Shown here piece after piece: positions 52,063 through 64,000 of a DNA stretch of 64,000 nt; within the stretch, counting starts at the first letter, position 1, and each line of letters opens with the position of its first letter. A program made the translations under genes and the position numbers. The notes under the pieces are model-generated. The model had not been told where the DNA came from and did not search any database. It saw nothing but the letters and a program-made list of their open reading frames with translations. This DNA comes from Octopus bimaculoides (taxonomy: Eukaryota): contig NC_069004.1 of the NCBI RefSeq assembly GCF_001194135.2, forward strand, positions 27,744,265 to 27,808,264, given 5' to 3'.

Positions 52063-53648
52063 TTTAAGAGAGCACTAACACTAAATAAGAACTGTGAGAG
52101 AGGCGAGAGACAAGGTCATGTTTATAGGTTCTAATTGTGGCCTGACTTCTATGGTTGGATATCTTTCCCAACTCTAACCATAGAGTATGCTAAGTACATT
52201 TTATTGTTGTACCAACACTTAGGAAGTTGTCTTGTTTTTAGTAAGGCAATGACTTTACATTGTGTCACATTTTATTGTGGCTCTGACAGCAGACTAGAAA
52301 TTCCCTTTCATTCTATTCTTGTAGTTCATTTAAAGCAGTGGGCAGTCCTGCCCCCTTGTAGGGGTGGTAGAAAGATCCAGAGGGACATTGAATGAAAGTG
52401 GGATGATAGTGGAGTTGCCAAAATGGGATGATAGATGTAAAAAAAAACAAAAAAATAACATTAACAGGTTAATTAGGTTTTAAGTTTTATCTGTGAAATA
52501 CAGTTGTTTTGAATTTGCTGCAGAAAGTGGTCCATCTTTGTACTGGGGAGTGGGGGTGCTAGAAATGTAGCCTGGGTGCCAAGGGGGCAGCAACCTGAAA
52601 AAAGTTTGGAAACTACTGATTTAAAGCAAGCACTGTTACATGTGTTTGTGTGTGTGTGAAAGAGAGAGAGAGAGGGGGGTGGGAACTGGGATGAGAGGAT
52701 GATAGAGAAGGCAGTAATAATAAACAAGAGGAGATGAGTAGTGAGAAAGAGAGAGAGGTATGTTAACAATAAGTGATGGAAGGAGTAATGTGTGTGAGAA
52801 AGGGAAAGAGAATGTGAGTGAGTGACAGATCTGTGATGGTAAAGGAGAATTTTCTTTTGTTTGCCTCACCAACTAAATAAACTTAGTTTGACTGCGCTAG
52901 TAACAACTCACAGCTTAATCTGTTATAGAATATCATTATACTATGGAAATCCTTCTAACTAATAGATTTACATCAAGAATGGTTATTCAGCTTAAGACCT
53001 TATCTTTGAATAAAGATTCTCACATCAAGCATCATGGCAATTAGTACCCTAAACACTAGTTCTTGTGAGATGTTTGAAGTCAAACATAGCTCCAAGCTTG
53101 TCTAGATTAGAAATCTAATCAGCCATTTTCTGAAGCTCTGCTTTGCCACTAGAAGACTAAAATCTTATTCCAACGTCTCCCCCTCCTCGCATCAAATGAT
53201 GCCTGTGATAACTAAATATCCATCTTTGTTCCCTGTGCTTTTACACAATAGTCTAAAAGGGAAATAATGAATAAAATGAGAGATATTTCTAAGGGAGTGA
53301 TCAGAGAGAGATTAAATACGGATAAATTTAGAAAATGCTCCAACAATTTCTGGATAACATCAGACTTTTAACAAACAAAATGTTTTAGGTCATTTGGCTT
53401 TTTAATCTAAAATTCGACCTGACATTTCTGTTTCATGTGTAATCTAAAATTTCAATATCAAAAATTAAAACTGGTTATGCTCAAACTATTCTCCTGACCC
53501 AATAATTCTTTAATAAAGCTATTTTCTTTGTAAAAGAGTTTTTCTTCACTAGAATGAACAAAAACAATTCTGCAAAACCATTGCAAGAAAGAAAAAAAAA
53601 GAATGTAGATTTTTTTTTTCTATAATCATTTCGTGAATTAGAGTTTAA

Positions 53649-53878
53649 CCCTTTTGCATTTAAACTGGTTAGAACCAGCCAAAATATTCAAATCTTTTTC
53701 TGTTCAAACTGGATAGATCTGGCATGTCACACCTACCCTTACAATATCATTCTTAATATAAACAATCACATCATCAAAATCTCGAAAATCCTGAAGCTAC
53801 AAGACAGTTCATGTTTAATTCAAAACAATGTGAATAAATAAGCATTACATTTGACAGAGTAATCTGAACGCTAAAGGG
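53649..53878. mobile_element. piggyBac-type MITE
   Basis: TTAA|cccttttgc...gctaaaggg|TTAA. Confidence 0.88.
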
Positions 53879-54970
53879 TTAATGATAACCCAGTGATGCA
53901 GAGGATAAAATAAGTCAGATTAGCTGTATTTATATAATGTAGTGGTGGTGATGGTGGCGATAGTGGTTGTATTGGTTGTAGCAGTGGTGGTGATGGTGGC
54001 AATGGTGCATCAGTAGTCTCAGCTGGAAGGGAGCCATAGATTACTACCACAAATATAAGTTTATTGCCAATTGGGTGGCACTGTTTCTCTGATAAATGGC
54101 TATAAATCTTTGTCTTAATTTAACTGATTATAATTGCTGCATTTTGATCTGTATTTGATAATGATTAGGGTATATCAGTGTAATTTCAGGAGAGTGGGTG
54201 GTTTGAGAGGAAGCTGTGAACTTTAGCCTTCACCATTACACACAAACATGAAGCAAATATTTTGCCTGCAAAGCAGCAATCAAGTAACACGACCAGAATT
54301 TCTGCTTTCTGATGTCCTGATCTGGGTTATTATGAGGCTGACAACATCTAGCATAATTTCAGTATTGTATTTCAATCTCTATTCCTCCTCTTTGGTCCAG
54401 TGCCACAGTATTGTCTGTCACAGAAGTACAAAACCTCTCTCTCCATTTCCCCTATATATTACTTGCTCAGTTATATCACCTGTAACTTAACAGTTCAGCA
54501 AAAGAGATCGATAGAATAAGTACCAGACTTTAAAAAAAAAGTACTGGGATTAATTCGTTCTCCAAGGTGATGCCCCAGCATGGCTGGAATCTAATGACTG
54601 AAACAAGTAAAGGTTAATTGGTAAGAAAGGATAAAGCAAAGACTGCCACCAATAGTATCTGGAAATTTTTCTCTGCTAAGTAGTTCAGTCATTTCTCTTG
54701 CCTGTTTTGCACATGTAATAAATCAGTACACTTGGTTGTTTTCTGAGATTCTTTTAATGTCTTCTCTTAACATCAAGAGACTCATTCAACATATGGGTTA
54801 CATGATGATCTATCAAAGCTCATTCCAATAAAGTGAGGTTGTCATTTAGTAGAGGTCAGCTCAACAATTGGAATACCATAGAATTCAAGTCCTTTGACAG
54901 TCATTAACATCTCCATAACAGGGATATGAGAACCAAATCTTTTTCAAAAGATCCTACATACAGTCACTAT

Positions 54971-55352
54971 ATGGAAGCGCAATGGCCCAGTGGTTAGGGT
55001 AGCGGACTCGCGATCATAGGATCGCGGTTTCGATTCCCAGACCGGGCATTGTGAGTGTTTATTGAGCGAAAACACCTAAAGCTCCACGAGGCTCTGGCAG
55101 GGGATGGTGGCGAACCCTGCTGTACTCTTTCACCACAACTCTCTCTCACTCTTTCTTCCTGTTTCTGTTGTGCCTGTAATTCAAAGGGTCAGCCTTGTCA
55201 CACTGTGTCACGCTGAATATCCCCGAGAACTACGTTAAGGGTACACGTGTCTGTGGAGTGCTCAGCCACTTGCATGCTAATTTCACAAGCAGGCTGTTCC
55301 GTTGATCGGATCAACTGGAACCCTCGTCGTCGTAACCAACGGTGTGCCAACA
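54971..55352 (+). mobile_element. SINE-E, full length, young
   Basis: same sequence family as 11168; 11-bp TSD ACAGTCACTAT at 54960-54970 and 55353-55363. Confidence 0.92.
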
Positions 55353-57765
55353 ACAGTCACTATCTATACCAAAGAAACACACATGCACAACTACACCTCA
55401 CTATTCATGAATGACATACAGCTAAACACTTCAAAATGTTAAGAAATACTAGGCCCTTATAATTCTATTTCTCACACTTTCATGCATTGTGAACTATAAC
55501 CTGTCGTTATAGAACTAAGTAGTCTCCCTTGTTTGTTGTATTACTACAGGTCAGTCTCACTTTGAGGTCATCTTCCAGTGAGTCACAAGCACAAAATTTC
55601 ATGGGTCAGATGGAGTTTATGCTGAGGTAGATTTTCTACAGTCAAGTACCTTTCCTGTCACCAACCCTCATCTGTTTCTGAGCAAAGTAGTATTTCCCCA
55701 TGGCTACATATCTCACAGAATATTGGAAAAGAACGACAGTAATACTAATTTACAAGTATCATGTGATGTGGTGACAAGGAGACATAAACAAACAAACACA
55801 TATACATATGTACAGATATATCTATATACGGCAGGCTTCTTTCAGTTTCTGTCTTCCAAATCCCCTTGCAAAGCTATGGTTGGCCTGGGCTTTAGTAGAA
55901 GACACTTGCCTAAAGCGTCACACAGTGAGACCAAATCTGAGAACTATGTGGTTGGAATGCCACACCAGCACCTAATATATATGTTAGTTAAAATGGTGAA
56001 TAAAACCTGACAATGGTAAACATGCCTTAATTTTATATTACACAGTAATTTCACACATCTCTGGCCAGTTAACACTGTGTGCCCTATTGAGTAGAAAATA
56101 CTTCTGCTGTGGTCCTTTATAATATATATTACAGCATAGTTTAGATATATTGGACAACGCAACAGTTGCTACCATGGACCTAGGAACAGTAAGTTCAGTG
56201 GGTGCAAGTGCACCCCTTAAAATTTTTCTGGAGTGCAAAATCAAAATTTGTACCCCTACTTGCTTTTTTCTAGTTTAGAAAACTAACTAAAAAGTGATCT
56301 GTAAAGAGTAGCTTGAAGTTTGGCTTCTTCTCAAAGAACAAACGAGAAGAAGAATTTTAAAAAAAACAATAAGACCTTGTTTGTAAAGACTTTTGGACCT
56401 GGGTTTGCATCTCCATAAGCAAATTTTTGGCTACTGTGCAGGAACATTGTACACCACATCTAAAAAAAAAAAAAGGGTATTCTGACTGAGTTAAAAATTA
56501 TTCCAATCCTCAGAGAATGCTTCATCTTTTCTTTGTATTCCCTTTATGTCTCTTCTCCCTCCACCACCACCACTACTACTACAACAGTTTTGCTGTTGTA
56601 TAGTAAAATGTCTATAATTGAGATGCTTCTTTTTTATCAACCATTCACTGTCAAACCTTCAATCATTGTACTAAACTTTTCACTCACTCCTTCTTTTCCC
56701 CCATTTTTGCCTTCAGACATCAACCTTACTACAGATGGTGATAGATACAGCTGGTGTTCCATCTGAACATTACCTTTATCTATCTACTTCACTGATCTTG
56801 GAAAGTCTATGCAAGCTATGGCCACAATTCTTCTTATTTCTGCTAAATTTTTAAAAAAATGCACATTGCTCCATTTCAAGTAAACAACAATAATAATAAT
56901 GATGGTGGTGGTGGTGGTGGTGACAGCAAGTTTTTGCTGTATAGTATCACACAAAATACAATTAAACCTTGGGAGAGGCATTACGTCGGTAATAAACACA
57001 CGCACTGGTTCAGTCCTTTATTAATTTATAAACAGTATTTAGTTTTTAGTTTTTAGTTTTTTTGTTTTTTTTGTTAAATCATTTCATTGCGCTCTTGCAA
57101 TCTCTTCAGTAACTTGTCTATCCACTTTCATTTATTTTGATGTATTTCTTTCAATACACATTTCCACATCAAGAATCTTGCACACCAAATACACACATGA
57201 AATATCACACAAAATGTCTTACTGTATTTCGCTACGTTCCTTTATGTTTTAAGCTCAAACTTCTCAGGATTTGAACTTGATATAAGTATTAGAAATATAT
57301 TGATAGACAAATTTATAGTCTTGATGCCAGTTCCAGTAATAAAGACCATTATCGTTATTGTTGTTGTCGTTGTCATTATTATCATAATTATTAATAATGA
57401 TGTCCCTGGCTGATGTTGGCTTTCATCCTTCCTGGGTGAATAAAATAAATAGCTGGCATACACTAGGATTGATTTAATCAACTGTATCTATCCTTGTTTG
57501 TAATTTATGGCTTTGTGCCAATGTGGGAAATCATCATTATTATCCCATTATGGATATTACTGTTTCCAGGTTTTGTTTAATTGGATGGTTTCTCCATTTC
57601 TTTCAGAAATATATATTACTGTTCTGCTGGGACCGATACAGAAATTGTTATTGTTTTGTATTGCTGAATCAATACAGCACCTGAGTAAATGTTTCACAGA
57701 ACTCACAATATTTGCATTTACATGAAGTTTAGATCAGTTCATTCATGGGTTTGTATTCTTGAATA

Positions 57766-58369
57766 TACAAGGGTATGCTGAGAAGTTCCTGGCTTTAAGG
57801 GTATTGTGAAGGGCCTGTTTGGAGGCCTCACCTACCGAGTTCTTTGCCAGGACTTAGAAAAACTGAAGGACCACTGCAATAAGTGTGTCAATCTGAGAGG
57901 GGAATATCATTATCATCATCATCGTTCATACAGTTTTGATTAAGTTTTTTGATGAGTTGTAATGCACCTGAGCACTGTATACAATAAGTTCATTTCATTA
58001 TATCATCATCATCATCATCGTTTAACGTCCGCTTTCCATGCTAGCATGGGTTGGACGATTTGACTGGGGACTGGTGAGCCAGGTGACTACACCAGGCTCC
58101 AATCTGATTTGGCAGAGTTTCTACAGCTGGATGCCCTTCCCGATGCCAACCACTCCGAGAGTGTAGTGGGTGCTTTTATGTGCCACCGGAACGAAGGCCA
58201 GTCAGGCAGTACTGGCAACAGCCATGCTCGAAATGGTGTATTTTACGTGCCACCTGCACAGGAACCAATCCAGCGGCACTGGCAACGATCTCAATTCGAA
58301 TGTCGTAGTTAATTGATCCTCTTGTATATTCTTTTGCCCAAAGACAAGAACTTTTCAGCACTCCTTCGT
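57766..58369 (-). mobile_element. mariner MITE interrupted by a CR1 3' tip and SINE-A (58008-58295)
   Basis: 57766-57906 and 58306-58369 together reconstruct the reverse complement of 4883-5104. Confidence 0.75.
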
Positions 58370-59416
58370 TGGTGTACATTGTCACTGGTTGGAGCTGTTT
58401 AACCATTTAACTGCAAAATTAAATTTCATGATTATTCCAGTAATGATGTTAAGCATCTACCAAACAAAAATCAAAAAAATAGAATCTGTATTTTCTGCAG
58501 GTCATCTTGCCATAATAAACTTAACACATCTCAACAGAAAATAGTATCAAACATGACGTAGTGTTCTTCAAAGATAGATTTGTATATAAACTGCTTTTCA
58601 CACTTAAGGAATAATGAGATATTGAGTAGATATCTCTGTCTTCCACATTCAAAGGATTATAGGATGTTAATAATTATCCTTGTTCATAAAACTCCTTGTG
58701 CTCTTAAGATATTTAATCTACCAGATTAGATTCTTATACCAACTGCTACCAGACTTACCAACCACTTACCTAAGTTGGACCATTTCCTATTAACAATTCA
58801 CTTTGAAGTCCTATCTATTTGTCTTTCATTCTTCTCAGAACAAATTCAGTCTCTGTCTTCTCTCACCTTAAATGTTAGTTGGCTGCTGCCTTGAAGATAA
58901 TGTTATAGTGGGGAAGAAAGTAGGGCAGACATTGCCATGTGGTTAAGAAGTTTGTTTGGAGCTACAGGGTTCCATGTTTGATCTCACAAGTGCCTTGCAT
59001 TGATTGCTACTTTGGGAGTGAAATTTGGCAAATAGAAACTATACAGAAGCCTCTCATGTATACATACACTCTCATACATGCATACACACACACTATTATT
59101 CACATGCAAACATGCATGTATGTATGCATCAACCAATTGAGATAACCACAAACTACAAGACCTGTCTTGATGGGCCCCGCCCCTTGCCTCTTTGTTAGTG
59201 ACTGGCTTAATTTCTGCAAGGCCAAACACTTGAATCCCCAATAAAACAATAAAACGTGTGTAAATACATACATACAAGAAAAAGGTTGACAGTTGCTTTG
59301 AAGTAACTGTCAACCTTTTCCTTATGGAAATAAAATGAATGTTACTCTACTGAAAAGCTTTTGAGTGATCCACAAGTCTAATGTTTATTTAAATTTTTAA
59401 CTACTCATGAAAACAA

Positions 59417-59419
<3 letters not shown>

Positions 59420-59511
<92 letters not shown>

Positions 59512-59512
59512 T
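59420..59512. repeat. (CT)n microsatellite
   Basis: direct reading. Confidence 0.98.
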
Positions 59513-60129
59513 CATAAATAGAGTATCACCATTTTTATGTTCACTACTCTATGCTGATATGAGTTAAAAGGAACATGCTGAGACAATGTTTTATGACCAG
59601 ATCCCTAACCTTTGTGTGTGTGTGTATTCATGTGCTGAGCAAAGGTACCTTGTTGAGTTATGTTCCTTTATGGTAAAAGTGTGTTCTGCATGCAGATCAA
59701 TAGAGATCAAAAGAATAACTGTCAGATTACTATTTTGTAGGTTCAATAAAAATTTATTAAAATTTCTGGAGATGGTGCTCCAGCATGGGCACAGTCCCAA
59801 AACTGAAACCAGTAAAAGAATAAAAAGGCAATCATTATTGTCTCTTGAAGTTTAAAGCTTCAGCCCTCTTCACTCTTTCGCTATAGCAATAAACAAATGC
59901 AAACACACCAGTGTAAGCTATCTAGTTTACTCAAACATAGCAATAGTCTTCGTCATAGCAAACAATAGATGTGTGGGTAGTTACATGTAACTGTAAGCCT
60001 TCTAGTACTTCCAAGCAGGGTCTCAAGTACTGCAATGCCCACATATCTCAGTCCTCTGTCATATCTTTCGTAAAGCAACTTACACATATACTAAATGACC
60101 TACACTAGTATAGGTCATTTAGTATTTCC

Positions 60130-60400
60130 CAAACATACATCCACCAATATTCTCCGCCGCTCATTATTTCTGGGAAGGTCATGGGGAGGGGTGGTGTTAG
60201 AGTCCTCAGGTACCTCCTCCATAGAGTCCTACCAGAAGCAGCTCTCATTACACTTCTCTGTCGGACTCTCAAGTGTGACCAACTGAGACTCTGGACAATG
60301 TCCAACCACCTTGGATTGTAGGATTCCAGTCAGTTGGCTCAGCTTGAAGAATCTGTTCTGCTATCCTTTCCTGTAATGTGTCCATAGTACCAGAATTATG
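60130..60400 (-). mobile_element. possible RTE 3' end remnant
   Basis: RAASGRTLWRRYLRTLTPPLP resembles the A.DR..WR......P end of RTE ORFs; weak. Confidence 0.3.
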
Positions 60401-60488
60401 ACCTCTCAATGTAGAAAAGGAGCAGCTCAACCTGGGGAGACTCCCCCATCTCCGAGCTATACACTCATTAAATTCCAGAGTTTTACTT

Positions 60489-60886
60489 CTCTTTTACTCT
60501 TTTACTTGTTTCAGTCATTTGACTGCAGCCATGCTGGAGCACCACCTTTAGTCGAACAAATCAACCCCAGGACTTATTCTTTGGAAGCCTAGTACTTATT
60601 CTATCAGTCACTTTTGCTGAACCGCTAAGTTACGGGGATGTAAACACACCACCATCGGCTGTCAAGTGATGCTGAGGGGACAAACACAGACACACAAACA
60701 TACATATATATATACATATATACGATGGGCTTCATTCAGTTTCCGTCTACCAAATCCACTCACAAGGCTTTGGTCGGCCCGAGGCTATAGTAGGAGACAC
60801 TTGCCCAAGGTGCCACACAGTGGGAATGAACCTGGAGCCATGTGGTTAGTAAGCAAGCTACTTACCACACAGCCACTCCTGCGCCT
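60489..60886 (-). mobile_element. SINE-B, full length
   Basis: same structure as 12795-13208. Confidence 0.9.
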
Positions 60887-62947
60887 AGTAAATTTTATTC
60901 ACTCCTGTGCCTTCAGTAAATTTTATTTATTCATCACAAATAGAAAACATCACCTACAACCCCATCGTAATTCTTAGGGTAGTAGATTGATGATAGTAGA
61001 GTAGTTACGGGGTCAAACAATGTGCCTTGCAGTATTTGTTTCCATTTCTGAGTTTCAAATTAAGGTCAGTTTTTGCCCCTTTCATCCCTCTGGGAAGGGT
61101 CGATAGAATTAAAGAACCAGTCGACTGAAGCACTGGTGGGGGTGGGGGGTCAGTGATATTTACTAACCTCGCAAAATTGCTGGAACTGTGCCTAAGTCAG
61201 AAATGAAATCATCATCATTGTTCTCATCATCTTCTTACACCATCTCTTCATCATTGTCATCATCATCATCATCGTCATCATCATACACATCCTCCACTTC
61301 ATAATAGTTTGTCGTTGTCATCATCATCATTGTCGTCATCATCATCATCAGCTGTCAAAAATGCTTATGCCACTACTTGTAGCAGCTAATCTGTTAAAAC
61401 ATCTTTTTAGGAAGCTGTCAAATGCATAAAATAAAAAATAAAAAAAATTTTAATTCCTTTCAATAATTTTCTTTTCTTTTTCCTTTCTTTTAATGTAAGC
61501 AATAAGTTTCAGACTATACCATTGTTCCTGTTGTTGTTGTTGCTCATGTTTTTCTCCACTCTCTTAAGTTTCATAGTTAAATTCAAGTAGCTTAGTTTTT
61601 TGGGGCTTTTTTTTTAATACTTCACATCAACAAACCGACAACAAAAAAAAAACAGCACTTATTTATTTTATTGTTATTATTATTATTATTATTTTTCTTT
61701 TTCTGTGACTTTACAAATTTTATTTTTCCAGTTTTATAATTTTGGGAACAATGTTTTTTTCTCTCTTTTCGCTTCCCTCCACTTCCTCTTTTAGTTTAAA
61801 TGACTTATCAATATTATTCAACATTTTTAGCTTCATCAAAGTTACATGCATGATGGGTCAATTATTGATCTGTTGTAGTGTTCTAAGGAATATACACGGC
61901 ATCTGTATACAGTTATGCAGATGTATACATCACTCCAACCTTCTTTCACCTTTCTCTCCCCCTCTCGTTCTCTGTTTCTCACACAAACTATAGCCAAAGG
62001 AAAAAGAATATTATTTGGTTCAAATCAGAATCTTCCACTGCATTTTCCTTTATTTTTGTTTTCCCGTAGAATAACAGAATATATTTTCTAGAGTTGAAAT
62101 TAGAAAAATGTTTGCATGTTTTTGAAAAAGTTTCTTCTTCTTCTTCTCCTCCTCCTCCCTTCTCGTTCTTCTCCCTTTTCGTCTCTCTTTCCTTCTTCAC
62201 CTTCCCCTTCTGCCTACCTATTCCTCCTCCTCCTCCTCGTCCTTTGCCTACCTCTTCCTCCTCTGCTTGTCTCCTCCCCCATCATTATCATCACCACTCA
62301 ACCAATTTGATATTGTTTCAATTCAATCTCCAACATCAAGTACGAAACCCCGAAGATCAGAGTTATTGGACTGCTGCCTGTTTGTTTTGTTTTGTTTCAA
62401 TACAAAACTCACTTCCTCGCCGCTCAGGGGTATCAATGAATAAATAACAGTAATTTTAAAATGCATGAAGCTGTAAATTAAAATTGAATTCAATAATTGT
62501 CCTATTGCTTCTTCTTCTTCTATCTTTTCATCTCTTATATATATTGACAATCTCCAGTTTCTTTTTTTCTTCTCATATTACTTGTGATAAAATGCTTCTT
62601 CATAAATTAGAAATTTGTCATATTGTAATATCTTATATATGTATCACAACATTTCAACATTTTTTTACCCTTCTCTCTCTCTCTCTGTTGTTCTTCTCTG
62701 TTTCTCAAACAACGTATAAATAAATAAGAGGGGAAATTATTTGGTTCAAATCATAATCTTCAGTTATATTTTCATTTTTTACATGGAAAAGGAAATAGAC
62801 TGCGGCCATGCTGGGGCACCGCCTCAAAGGGTTTTAGTTGGACATATCAATCTCAATATTCATGTTTTTTTTTTTACTTTTCTTTATTTAATCTCATACT
62901 CAGCATTTTTATCCGTTGTTCTCCTGATTCTACCATCCAAATAATGA

Positions 62948-62994
<47 letters not shown>

Positions 62995-63000
<6 letters not shown>

Positions 63001-63461
63001 ATAATAATAATAATAATACATTCTACTATAGGCACAAGGCCTGAAATTTGTAGGGCGGCAATTACCATCGGCCTCAAAAGGAGGAAATGCAAAGTCGATC
63101 TCAGCAGAATTTGAATAATAATAATGATGATAATGATAATAATAATAATAGTGATGGTTTCAAATTTTGGCACAAGACCAGCAATTTCAGGGTAAGGGGT
63201 AAGTCAATTACATAGACCCCAATTTTCAGCTTGTACTTATTTTATCAACAATGAAAGGATGACAGGTAAAGTCACCCTTTGCACAATAATAATAATAATA
63301 ATGGTTTCAAATTTTGATACTGGTGTCCAACTGGTACTTATTTTATCGACCCTAAAAAGATGAAAGGTAAAATCAACTTTGACAGAATTTGAACTCAGAA
63401 CGTAAAGACAGATAAAATGCTGCTGAGCATTTTTTGCCTGGCATACTAATGATTCACCACC

Positions 63462-63493
<32 letters not shown>

Positions 63494-63715
63494 TCTTTCT
63501 TCTATAGGCACAAGGCCTGAAATTTGGGGGAAGGGAATAGTCAGTTTCATTGACCCCAGTGTTTCACTGGTTCTTAATTTATCAACCACTAAAGGATGAA
63601 AGACAAAGTCGACCTTGGCAGAATTTGAACTCGGAACGTAGTGACTGGTGGAATACCTCTAAGCATTTCATCCAGTGTGCTAATGACTCTGCCAGCTCAC
63701 TGCCTTAATAATAAT
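62995..63715 (-). mobile_element. array of about 4-5 SINE-C copies
   Basis: repeated ggcacaaggcctgaaattt, ctggtacttattttatcgaccc and gaatttgaactc motifs with (AAT)n spacers. Confidence 0.85.
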
Positions 63716-63764
63716 AATAAGAAGAATAAGAATAAGAATAAGAAGAAGAAGAAGAAGAAGAAGG

Positions 63765-63808
63765 CTACACCGGGGAAGTTTAACAGACTACACCGGGGAA
63801 GTTTAACA
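63765..63808. repeat. 23-bp-period tandem duplication
   Basis: ctacaccggggaagtttaaca at 63765 and 63788. Confidence 0.95.
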
Positions 63809-64000
63809 TGTGAGAACGATAAATCACTGCTCCGAAACTTATCCAAAAACATCGGAAATAAAGACATCGCATTGAGCCCAAAAATAGCTGACAAGGGACT
63901 GGATTATATCCGAGTAAGTAATACTCATTGAAATTTATTTCTATCTTTCCAAATATAATGATGTATTTTAACTTGATACCTCCACTACCCGCACAGCGAT

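Overview
AT-rich, repeat-dense eukaryotic DNA from a draft assembly with six N gaps. The repeat families resemble Octopus (cephalopod) genomic repeats as I recall them; this is an inference, not a database result. No protein-coding gene could be identified with confidence, and almost every entry in the ORF track is an artefact of microsatellites, N gaps or SINEs. Most of the window is dozens of SINE-like retroposons, grouped here under my own labels. SINE-A has a (GAT)n RTE-like tail. SINE-B, SINE-D and SINE-E have tRNA-like heads. SINE-C has a tRNA-like head plus a Nin/Deu-like core. There are also decayed CR1, RTE and R4/Dong LINE fragments, mariner and Tc1 remnants, and non-autonomous hAT, piggyBac and mariner MITEs, several of them nested. 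Five things most deserve follow-up: (i) a 59-nt pre-miRNA-like hairpin in unique sequence at 24962-25020; (ii) a ~120-bp inverted repeat pair (43058-43177 / 44119-44242) bracketing an unidentified 111-codon exon-like ORF; (iii) a 24-nt microexon or recursive-splice-site candidate at 37179-37202; (iv) head/tail module swapping among the SINE families; (v) a Dong/R4 element sitting in the (ATT)n tail of a SINE. There is no CRISPR array, rRNA gene or genuine tRNA gene.
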